Source: Bacteroidota bacterium (GTDB lineage Bacteria > Bacteroidota > Bacteroidia > Flavobacteriales > Schleiferiaceae). Taken from it: 64,000 bases of DNA. Both the position numbers and the translations under genes were made by a program. Below, piece after piece: positions 45,138 through 53,184 of this stretch. Where the stretch lies: assembly GCA_024742495.1 (NCBI GenBank), contig JANSYJ010000012.1:10021-74020 (forward strand), given 5' to 3'. The notes under the pieces were generated by a model. That model did not search any database. It saw nothing but the letters and a program-made list of their open reading frames with translations, and was not told where the DNA came from. Position 1 is the stretch's first letter. Each line of letters begins with the position of its first letter.

Positions 45138-46685
45138 TTGGCATTAAGGCGATCCCCTTTTTTAAAGCTTGCCCTTTTTGCAACCGGCTTATCGGGCATC
45201 GTAGCGGAGTATATCCTCTCTACCTTGGCCACTTACTTTATTGGCGATTCGGCAGTACAATGGTCGCTAATAGTTTCGGTGATGCTCTTTTCCATGGGCC
45301 TAGGCTCGCGCATTAGCAAATACCTCGAAGGGAATCTGCTCATTAAATTCATCGGGGTAGAATTTGCCCTGAGCATTTTAGTGTCTTTCTCCTCCTTGGT
45401 GGCCTATACCGCCGCCGGACTCACCGAATATGTAGCCTTAATCATTTACGGAATGAGCATTTTAATCGGCCTGCTCATTGGGCTAGAAATTCCCTTGGTA
45501 ATTCGGCTAAACGAAGAGTTTGAGAGCTTGAAAGTGAATGTCGCCTCGGTGATGGAAAAAGACTATTTAGGCTCCTTAGTCGGTGGTTTATTTTTTGCTT
45601 TTGTTGGTCTCCCCCTAATTGGATTAACCTACACCCCATTTATACTCGGCTTTATTAATTTGATGGTGGCCCTTGGCCTATTCCTTAGTGTGCGCGGCGA
45701 CCTTGCCCTTAAATTTAAAAGACGCATTGTATTTGCCTCTTCCCTTATTGTGGTCATTATGTTGGGGGGAATACTAAAGGCCGAACCGATAATCCTCTTT
45801 GGTGAGCAAGCGCGCTATAAAGATCGAGTGGTATTCTCCGCTGAAAGCAAGTATCAGAAAATTGTGATCACCCAATGGAAGGACCATTATTGGCTTTACC
45901 TTAATGGAAATCAACAACTCAGCTCCCTCGACGAGCAAAAATACCACGAGGCCTTAGTTCATCCTGCCGCTCATTTAGCGCATCAAATTAAGGATGTACT
46001 GGTTTTAGGCGGTGGCGACGGATGCGCGGCCCGAGAGCTTTTAAAATACCCGGAATTACAAAGTATTACTATAGTTGATTTAGACTCCATGATGACCGGT
46101 TTAGCGCAGCGTCATCCGATTTTAACCGATTTAAATCACAATGCTTTAAATCATAAAAAGGTGAAGATTGTCAATTCCGATGCCTTCAACTATATGGAGC
46201 GGGAAAAGCAGCTTTACGATTTAATCATTGTAGATCTTCCTGATCCGCGTTCCGTTGAACTCAACCGTATGTACACTAGTGAGTTTTATCGTTTATGTCA
46301 TTTAAAGCTCCGTCCGCATGGCGCTTTAATCACCCAAGCTGGCAGTCCCTATTTTGCTACTAAAGCTTTTCAATGCATTTCCAAAACCATGAGCTCGGCT
46401 GGTTTTGAGTCCTTGGCGCTGCACAATCACGTGCTTACCTTAGGCGAGTGGGGCTGGGTGCTGGGGCAGAAATCCGAATGGACCCAAGGACAATTAAAGG
46501 AAAGGGCACGCCAGCTTCAGTTTAAGGACATTGAAACCAATTGGTTAAATAATGAAGCCATGTTGCTTATGAGCTCCTTTGGGAAGAATATTTATTTTGA
46601 GGTGAAGGACAGTATAAAGGTGAATCACATCCAAGACCCGGTACTGTATCGCTATTATTTAAAAGGCAACTGGGATCTCTATTAA
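45138..46685 (+). CDS. Membrane-anchored spermidine-synthase-like polyamine aminopropyltransferase
   Basis: TTG start 1 nt after the previous stop. An N-terminal region of about 210 aa is polytopic. The SpeE-type domain carries VLVLGGGDGCAAREL, DLIIVDLPDP and ITQAGSPYF. Confidence 0.75.
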   Translation: MALRRSPFLKLALFATGLSGIVAEYILSTLATYFIGDSAVQWSLIVSVMLFSMGLGSRISKYLEGNLLIKFIGVEFALSILVSFSSLVAYTAAGLTEYVALIIYGMSILIGLLIGLEIPLVIRLNEEFESLKVNVASVMEKDYLGSLVGGLFFAFVGLPLIGLTYTPFILGFINLMVALGLFLSVRGDLALKFKRRIVFASSLIVVIMLGGILKAEPIILFGEQARYKDRVVFSAESKYQKIVITQWKDHYWLYLNGNQQLSSLDEQKYHEALVHPAAHLAHQIKDVLVLGGGDGCAARELLKYPELQSITIVDLDSMMTGLAQRHPILTDLNHNALNHKKVKIVNSDAFNYMEREKQLYDLIIVDLPDPRSVELNRMYTSEFYRLCHLKLRPHGALITQAGSPYFATKAFQCISKTMSSAGFESLALHNHVLTLGEWGWVLGQKSEWTQGQLKERARQLQFKDIETNWLNNEAMLLMSSFGKNIYFEVKDSIKVNHIQDPVLYRYYLKGNWDLY

Positions 46686-46686
46686 G

Positions 46687-47007
46687 ATGGAAGAAAGTAA
46701 GATCTACAACTACCGAATCTGGCTGGCCAAAAGCGAAACAGTCCCTCTTAAAAACAAGATTGAAGAGATGCTTAAAGCGGCGGGCTACGGCATAGTTGGT
46801 TTTAGCGAACATCACTTTCAACCGCAGGGCTATACCTGCACATGGCTGCTCAGTGAAAGTCACTGCGCCTTGCACACCTTTCCCGAGGAAGGTCGCTCCT
46901 ACATTGAGTTAAGTGGCTGCTCGGAAGCCAAGAATAGTCACTTTGTGAAGGCCGCCAATGCTGCATGGAAAGATTATATTCGCAAGGCGCTACAATCCGT
47001 TTGTTAA
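46687..47007 (+). CDS. Pyruvoyl-dependent S-adenosylmethionine decarboxylase proenzyme (SpeH/SpeD-like, short form)
   Basis: Self-cleavage/active-site motif LLSESHCALHTFPEEG, with Glu-Ser at 46855..46860. 106 aa. It starts 1 nt after the speE-like stop. Confidence 0.7.
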   Translation: MEESKIYNYRIWLAKSETVPLKNKIEEMLKAAGYGIVGFSEHHFQPQGYTCTWLLSESHCALHTFPEEGRSYIELSGCSEAKNSHFVKAANAAWKDYIRKALQSVC

Positions 47008-48008
47008 TGAAAAAGCATTTTTTAGTCCTATTTCTTTTTTGCTTCACGATCAGCAATGCCCAAGAATCCAAGTACGCCATTATTATTCACGGCGGGGCCG
47101 GAAATGGTTTAGTTCCAGGAAACTATAATGAAGTGCAAACTGCGGCTTTTCATCACGCTCTTAATGCCGCTCTCGCACGAGGAGACTCTGCCCTGGCCGC
47201 TGGGGCGGATGCACTTGATGTTGTGAGTTTGGTGATACAGGTTTTGGAGAACGATTCCCTTTTTAATGCCGGCAAGGGTGCGGTACTTACCTATGAAGCT
47301 AAGGCCTCCTTAGACGCCAGTATTATGGATGGTGCCAGTTTGGAAGCTGGCGCCGTAGCGGGTGTTTCTTGTATTAAAAACCCCATTACCGCAGCCTTAA
47401 GTGTACTGCGTCATTCGCCACATGTTATTCTTAGCGGAGCTGGCGCAGATCGCTATGCCCAGGAGAAAGGTAGTATATGTGTGGATCCTTCCTACTTTAT
47501 AATCCCTAGTAAGCTTAAGACAATAAAACGCATCCGCAAGGAGCAAGAAGCCCTGGATAGCGCTCAAAATCATAAAATGGGAACGGTTGGTTGCGTGGTG
47601 CGAGACCGCGAGGGGAACATTGCCGCTGGAACTTCTACCGGAGGTATGATGGCCAAGCGTTACGGTAGAATTGGCGATTCACCAATTGTGGGCGCTGGAA
47701 CCTATGCCAATAATTCTTCCGCGGGGATAAGCTGCACCGGGCATGGCGAATACTTTATTCGCAATGTAATCGCCTTTCAGGTCGCTAATCGGGTAGACCT
47801 AATTGAAGAATCGGGACAAGAGGCCGCCGATTATATGATTCACGATGTACTGAGCAGTCAAAAAGCCTTTGGCGGCTTAATAGGCATTGACCGCAATGGG
47901 GAGCTTTTTTACAGCTTTAATACCACTGGTATGTTAAGAGGTTTTAAGCGCGAAGGTGAAAAAGCCCAAACCTATATTTTCAGCCTCGAAATTGAGGGAG
48001 ACAATTGA
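47007..48008 (+). CDS. Isoaspartyl peptidase / L-asparaginase (Ntn hydrolase), secreted
   Basis: ATG 47007 overlaps the previous stop (TAATG). Signal MKKHFLVLFLFCFTISNAQ, IIHGGAG, and autoprocessing site HKMGTVGCV. Confidence 0.8.
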   Translation: MKKHFLVLFLFCFTISNAQESKYAIIIHGGAGNGLVPGNYNEVQTAAFHHALNAALARGDSALAAGADALDVVSLVIQVLENDSLFNAGKGAVLTYEAKASLDASIMDGASLEAGAVAGVSCIKNPITAALSVLRHSPHVILSGAGADRYAQEKGSICVDPSYFIIPSKLKTIKRIRKEQEALDSAQNHKMGTVGCVVRDREGNIAAGTSTGGMMAKRYGRIGDSPIVGAGTYANNSSAGISCTGHGEYFIRNVIAFQVANRVDLIEESGQEAADYMIHDVLSSQKAFGGLIGIDRNGELFYSFNTTGMLRGFKREGEKAQTYIFSLEIEGDN

Positions 48009-48111
48009 TTCTCAAAATGTTGCTCCTGTAACTAAATTTTCTGTGATTTTTTAAGCCGAATATGCCACCCAAAAGAAAAAAGCATTCTATATTTGCCGTC
48101 CCAAAACGGAA

Positions 48112-48186
48112 GGGCGCTTAGCTCAGCTGGTTCAGAGCACCTCGTTTACACCGAGGGGGTCGGGGGTTCGAATCCCTCAGCGCCCA
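48112..48186 (+). tRNA. tRNA-Val (anticodon UAC)
   Basis: A 75-nt cloverleaf folded by hand. Acceptor GGGCGCT/AGCGCCC, D stem GCTC/GAGC, anticodon stem CCTCG/CGAGG with loop TTTACAC, T arm GGGGG-TTCGAAT-CCCTC, discriminator A. CCA is not encoded. Confidence 0.9.
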
Positions 48187-48713
48187 CAAAGAAAAAGAAA
48201 CCTACACGCAAGTGTGGGTTTTTTTTATGCTCAGGAGCCAAGCTTGCTTGAGCGAAAGGGCATAAAAAAAAACCCAGAAGGCCAAAGGCCGTAGGTTTAT
48301 TTTTCTTTGGGTACAAGGGCCAATATAATGGGATCGCGAAGCAATCCCTCAGCGCCCACAAAGAAAAAGAAACCTACACGCAGGTGTGGGTTTTTTTTAT
48401 GCCCTGGAGCCAAGCTCGCTTGAGCGAACTGGACATATAAAAAACCCAGAAGGCCCAAGGCCGTAGGTTTGTTTTTCTTTGGGTACAAGGGCCAAAATAA
48501 TGGGATCGCGAAGCAATCCCTCAGCGCCCACAAAGAATAAGAAACCTACACGCAAGTGTGGGTTTTTTTTATGCTCAGGAGCCAAGCTCGCTTGAGCGAA
48601 AGGGCATATAAAAAACCCAGAAGGCCGAAGGCCGTAGGTTTGCTTTTCTTTGGGTACAAGGGCCAACATAATAGTATCGCGAAGCAATCCCTCAGCCAAG
48701 CTCGCTTGAGTGA
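48171..48713. repeat. Tandem array (3 full units of 172, 172 and 171 bp, plus one deleted unit) seeded by the 3' end of tRNA-Val
   Basis: Units start at 48171, 48343, 48515 and 48686, each with aatccctcagcgcccaca (tRNA nt 60-75 plus trailer). Each full unit contains two hairpins. Units 1 and 3 differ at about 10 positions. Confidence 0.9.
48201..48226 (+). terminator. Rho-independent terminator of tRNA-Val
   Basis: cctacac-gcaa-gtgtggg is followed by a T8 run (48219..48226). Confidence 0.8.
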
Positions 48714-48921
48714 TCTTTTAATTCTGGTTAATCGAGGGCGGGGAAATTGAATAAGCAAAGGTCACTAAGAATCAATAAACCCGTCTGATTTTTAGGCATT
48801 AAAGATAATTTCATAATTTCCCTCTGTGAAATAACTTTGGTGGCTCTTGAATGAATTCGTAATTTCGCAGGCCTCCCAGAAATCTATTTCTTATTCACTA
48901 TGAACCAGTATAAATAACCGT

Positions 48922-49374
48922 ATGCAAGACTTAGGGATTGATCTTCAGTTACTGGATTATGGGGTTGTGGATAACAATCAAATCAACATTTCTGAACTGC
49001 TTCAAATAACCTACCTGAGAGGTCAAGAAGATGCATTAAAGAAATTGGAAACAACTTTGAAAGAGAATCTTCAACAAGCAGCCCAAGCCTCAGGCCTGCT
49101 TAAAGAAAAGCTCGAGAATAAGAAGGTTCACATTCATAACATGTACTTGAAAGTAATCAGTATTAATCAGTTTCGATGTTTAGTAATTGTTGATCGCTCA
49201 AGCTACTTTAATAAGCAAAGCAGGGAAAATGCCTACAGAATTGGGAATCAAATCAACTCTACAAACAATAGAATTGATTTAGATTTTAATTTTATGGCTT
49301 TCTCGGAAAATATTGAGGAGGTTAATATCACTTCCGACGGTTACTATTTCAAACATGAGTTCGCGGAAATATAA
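48922..49374 (+). CDS. Hypothetical protein
   Basis: 150-aa ORF in an AT-richer stretch downstream of the tRNA array. No motif recognised. Confidence 0.4.
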   Translation: MQDLGIDLQLLDYGVVDNNQINISELLQITYLRGQEDALKKLETTLKENLQQAAQASGLLKEKLENKKVHIHNMYLKVISINQFRCLVIVDRSSYFNKQSRENAYRIGNQINSTNNRIDLDFNFMAFSENIEEVNITSDGYYFKHEFAEI

Positions 49375-49798
49375 TGCATTTGATCACGGAGGTCATAATT
49401 TAAAAGTCCATCAAGCGCTTTGTGGCTTAGACATTCCCTGCGCTGATTGGCAGATTACCACCGCCTTTTACTCATCCCTCAAATTTCTGGAAGGAACTTT
49501 ATTCCCGAATAATTATGAGCATCCAAATGCAAAGTCGGGCATAAGCGCTTTTGAAACATTTCAGCAATACCACCGAGCATACAGTCAAGCTGGGGGCGTG
49601 CATAGTTCGAGACATCAAGTCATGAAAAGACTTGCACAAGAACATACCAATGAAGACGTTGGTTTTAGATTCAAAGAACTCCACGAACTGAGCAATGGTG
49701 CACGATACACCAACTATCAAGTAGAAGCTGAGGAGCTAGCTCTAGCGAAGGAATCCTTAGAAGTTGTTAGACTTTATTGCGTCGAAAACCAAGCCTAG
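49355..49798 (+). CDS. Hypothetical helical protein with an Rx4H motif (possible HEPN-like, weak)
   Basis: ATG 49355 overlaps the upstream ORF by 20 nt. KRLAQEH gives R-x4-H. The helical composition is consistent with HEPN but not diagnostic. Confidence 0.35.
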   Translation: MSSRKYNAFDHGGHNLKVHQALCGLDIPCADWQITTAFYSSLKFLEGTLFPNNYEHPNAKSGISAFETFQQYHRAYSQAGGVHSSRHQVMKRLAQEHTNEDVGFRFKELHELSNGARYTNYQVEAEELALAKESLEVVRLYCVENQA

Positions 49799-50015
49799 TT
49801 GCGTTTCAGACTCTCATTACCCTTCCTTTTTGCAGCACAATCTACAATCATTGAACTTAATTTCTTGCTGTGAATTTTCAACTATTCCTTTTCAATAACC
49901 TTAGACAAAAGGAGCTTCCATCTTAGAATAGGCTAAACTCTCTATCAGAAAATTGGCAAAAAACCCAATCCGCATATAGACCGCCTACCTACAGCATAAG
50001 CATTAAATTTGCAGG

Positions 50016-50564
50016 ATGTGGCAAGAACCTATACCTGAAGAACTCTACAACGAAGATTCCAAAAAACCTCATCAGCATTGCAAAATATGCGCGAAGGATC
50101 TCCAAGCCGGAGAGCCTTATGCCATTCAAAAGGTTTTTAAAAACTATCCCGACCAGGAGCAAGCCCAGGCCCTCTTTGATTTTGCAATGTGCCAAACTTG
50201 CCTACAAGAAGCCCGAGCGGAACTAAGCAAAGAGTCGCGCCAAAATGTAGATGCCTTTATGCTCAAAGGCTTGCAGGAGCTTAATGAAAATGAAGAAAGC
50301 CCAAAGGATCGTTATCAATCCCATCGCTGCACCCTAAGCGGTAAAAACCTTAAAGAAGTAGGGGAATACCAATTAATGGCGGTTTGCCAAGGCGATCAAA
50401 TACTAGAGAGCCCCATCTGCTTAAGCGATGACATATTAGAAGAAATTCAAGGCCTCTTATCGCAAGAAAGTAAAGATGAACTTAATCGATTTACCGAAAA
50501 CAACTTTGGCTGGCCACCCGAACTTAAAAAGGCCTTAATCGATGGCGATATAGTTTTACTCTAA
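50016..50564 (+). CDS. Hypothetical protein with CxxC...CxxC zinc-ribbon-like N-terminus
   Basis: HCKICAKDL and MCQTCLQE pairs. 182 aa. Confidence 0.5.
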   Translation: MWQEPIPEELYNEDSKKPHQHCKICAKDLQAGEPYAIQKVFKNYPDQEQAQALFDFAMCQTCLQEARAELSKESRQNVDAFMLKGLQELNENEESPKDRYQSHRCTLSGKNLKEVGEYQLMAVCQGDQILESPICLSDDILEEIQGLLSQESKDELNRFTENNFGWPPELKKALIDGDIVLL

Positions 50565-50566
50565 GT

Positions 50567-51331
50567 TTAGAATTTCACTAAAATACCATTATCGAGCTTA
50601 TAGGTAAGATTGGGAATATTTGGATCTACCACCGGCTGAGCATCGTAATTTAAACTCGCCGACACCGTAAAGGCCCAATGCTCACCAAGCTTAAAACTCA
50701 ATTGATTTTGCAGGCTCAGCCGCCAATCCGACCAGTCTTCGAAGCGCGGCTGATAATAGCTGACTAATGTCCAATTGAATTGTTCTTTATACTTCCACAG
50801 TAAACTCACATAAGAACTGAGCCGCCAGTCGTAATGCTGAATATCATTAAACATCTCCTTATCCGATTCATACATGAGCAGGTGACCCGTATGAAATTGG
50901 AAGGAACCTTTTTGGTCGACCCCAAAGCGAGGTCCAATGCCAAATAATGCTCTTTGCTCAATGCGCAAGGGTCGGTCGGTTTGCACTTGCCCAAAAGCTT
51001 CCAATTCGGTGAGATTCGATAAACTGCGCACATAACGAAGGTGAATAAAACCCGCTTGAGCAAAATTTATGTCCTCCGAAAAATTAAAATGAAGCGAATT
51101 GAGCAGCAGCAATTGATTTTTCCCGCGATAGTAACGCAGCAAGAAATCATTCTCGATATCCACTACTTGATCGGTATTTCTAAAAACACTAAAACTGAGA
51201 TTATCCTGAAACAACCAAAGACTCGTATCGGTTTTAAACCGCAGTTGCTCAATATTTACAATTTGGGCCTGCAGAGCACCAAAGAGCAAACTAAAAAACA
51301 GAACTTTGCGTATTAATAAGGGAATAGACAT
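50567..51331 (-). CDS. Outer-membrane beta-barrel protein (DUF481/YdiY-like?)
   Basis: Signal peptide ...LLFGALQAQ, alternating amphipathic strands, and a C-terminal ...NGILVKF ending in an aromatic residue. Confidence 0.5.
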   Translation of the reverse strand: MSIPLLIRKVLFFSLLFGALQAQIVNIEQLRFKTDTSLWLFQDNLSFSVFRNTDQVVDIENDFLLRYYRGKNQLLLLNSLHFNFSEDINFAQAGFIHLRYVRSLSNLTELEAFGQVQTDRPLRIEQRALFGIGPRFGVDQKGSFQFHTGHLLMYESDKEMFNDIQHYDWRLSSYVSLLWKYKEQFNWTLVSYYQPRFEDWSDWRLSLQNQLSFKLGEHWAFTVSASLNYDAQPVVDPNIPNLTYKLDNGILVKF

Positions 51332-51487
51332 GGTGCAAAAATAAATAGTCCCGGCAATACCGAGACTATTTAGACCCGAAGGTCATGTCATGAAACATTT
51401 GAAAACTCTACTCCCTCCAAATATAAGCGCTTTGTGCTTAAAAACAAATAACGCAATAAGCTGATTAATAATAATATAGAATTTTAC

Positions 51488-52102
51488 ATGTTGAAATACA
51501 GCGCAAAAATATTCTTAGCCCTTACCTTCCTTGCCACGAGCTTAAACCTTGAGGCACAGGATGCCAAGGGAACGGAACTAAAAGGAAAGATAGAACAGTT
51601 CCTAGCCGATCATGCAGATAGCTACAAGAAAAAACACCTGAATCTTAAGATGAGAGAGATTGGTGGATTGGAGAATGAACCCTTTGCCTGGAAGGAGTTT
51701 TTCCGCTTAGAAAGCAATGAGGAATATGAGAACACTTTGGGATATGAAACTGAGCGGGAATACTATTTCTTGTTTTACCACTACGAAACCGAATTGGACC
51801 GCAAGTATGCCTTAAAATTTTGGATGGAAGATTTTATCGAAGGAGAGACTATTCGCCCTTCCCGACCGAAGCGATCTTACGACTATGCCAAGCCTAGCAT
51901 CATCCTAATTAACCCTACTAACATCATCATCCTAACCTACGATTGTAAGTATTTTGATGAATACGATTTTGAAGATTGGCAGGATAAGATGATTGAATAC
52001 TTTGGCGACAAGAGTGAGACCATGGTTATAGAATTGGAGTGCAACGGGCCCCTAAACTGGACCAAAAATGCACCCGATCCTAAAATCAGAGAGCTCTTTT
52101 AA
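51488..52102 (+). CDS. Hypothetical secreted protein
   Basis: Signal peptide ...TSLNLEAQD. No family recognised. Confidence 0.5.
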   Translation: MLKYSAKIFLALTFLATSLNLEAQDAKGTELKGKIEQFLADHADSYKKKHLNLKMREIGGLENEPFAWKEFFRLESNEEYENTLGYETEREYYFLFYHYETELDRKYALKFWMEDFIEGETIRPSRPKRSYDYAKPSIILINPTNIIILTYDCKYFDEYDFEDWQDKMIEYFGDKSETMVIELECNGPLNWTKNAPDPKIRELF

Positions 52103-52103
52103 T

Positions 52104-52706
52104 TTAGGAATTATCGCGCATCTGCGCCAAGCGCCCCTCCAATAGGTTTAGGTATTTATTAAAGGTTTTACGATTCATCCAGCGTGCGGCCCAATGCGAT
52201 AGCGGCGTAATTACAATTAACAGAATTACCAGGGTAATTAAAATTCGGGTGTCTCCCAAGGCCTCTTCCAAGCTGCGTTTTTGCAATAAGCTTAAAAAGA
52301 ATCCACTAGCGGCCGAAATGGGATATAAGACCAAACCAGCCATTTCCTCCTGGCGAATGGTTTCTTTAATATTTGAGATATAAGCTTCCAAGGTTGACAT
52401 TGAGTCGCCGCTGCCCATATCGAAGCTTTTCGCTTTTTGATAGCGTTTGATAAAGAATATCAGGCCCACTATATGCGCTATGGTAATAATGCCAAATAAT
52501 AATTGCGGCAACCAACTGTCCACGTAAAACATCGCGGCGATATACAAGGGCGTAAAGAGAATGGTGAAGGCAATTTTCCAGGCCATTCGCTTATTTAGCT
52601 TGCGCACGGCATCCTCACTCTTAAGGTTTAAGCCCGCTCGTATCTCAGCACCGGTAAGGCGCTCTTCCTGTTCAGGGAGCGATTTCCAGGTATCTTCAAT
52701 TTTCAT
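52104..52706 (-). CDS. Membrane protein co-transcribed with the ECF sigma factor (possible anti-sigma/partner)
   Basis: 200 aa with 4 TM helices. It overlaps the sigma gene stop by 11 nt. Confidence 0.45.
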   Translation of the reverse strand: MKIEDTWKSLPEQEERLTGAEIRAGLNLKSEDAVRKLNKRMAWKIAFTILFTPLYIAAMFYVDSWLPQLLFGIITIAHIVGLIFFIKRYQKAKSFDMGSGDSMSTLEAYISNIKETIRQEEMAGLVLYPISAASGFFLSLLQKRSLEEALGDTRILITLVILLIVITPLSHWAARWMNRKTFNKYLNLLEGRLAQMRDNS

Positions 52707-53184
52707 TTTCTTCGGTCTTGATTGCGTTTTTCAACTTGTCTTTGATTCGGTGCAGGCGCACAGCGAGGTGGTTTTTACTAATACCCGATATCATGGCTAT
52801 TTCCTCATTGGCATAGCCGTCTAAATGAAGCATGATTACCAATTTCTCCGCATCATTTAAGTTTCGGATATGGGCCATTAAAAGCGCTCGCTCATCACCG
52901 GAAGGGGCAACCTGCCAATCGCTTTCAAAGCCTTCTTGTTCCTTGCGATCTTTTTTCTTGTGGGTTAAGGCCGTGTTTAAGGCTACCCGATACAACCAAG
53001 TTGAAAACTTGGAATCTCCCTTAAAGCGACCATAAGACCGCCAGGCCTGGTAAACTACTTCCTGCCTTAAATCCTGTTCATCGGTACTGTTCTTGGCATA
53101 AATGCGGGTCACCTTATAGATGATGCCGCTATGCTCCTCGATCAGTTTTACAAATTCAGCCTCCTTATCCACGCTCAAGTTCAA
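52696..53184 (-). CDS. ECF-type RNA polymerase sigma-70 factor
   Basis: Region 2 is DLRQEVVYQAWRSYGRFKGDSKFSTWLYRVALNTAL. Region 4 is HLDGYANEEIAMISGISKNHLAVRLHRIKDKL. Confidence 0.85.
   Translation of the reverse strand: MNLSVDKEAEFVKLIEEHSGIIYKVTRIYAKNSTDEQDLRQEVVYQAWRSYGRFKGDSKFSTWLYRVALNTALTHKKKDRKEQEGFESDWQVAPSGDERALLMAHIRNLNDAEKLVIMLHLDGYANEEIAMISGISKNHLAVRLHRIKDKLKNAIKTEENEN

Noticed and set aside
48171-48713. Possible CRISPR array (regularly spaced repeats)
   Set aside because: The whole 172-bp unit repeats, and there are no unique spacers between short repeats. No cas genes are present. It is a tandem duplication, not a CRISPR array.
48146-48758. Four overlapping minus-strand ORFs of 70-100 aa with near-identical peptides (MWALRDCFAIPL...)
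   Set aside because: They are translations of the 172-bp tandem repeat and the tRNA 3' end. The unit length is not a multiple of 3, so the frame drifts between copies. They cross two terminator hairpins and part of the tRNA. I treat them as artefacts of the repeat.
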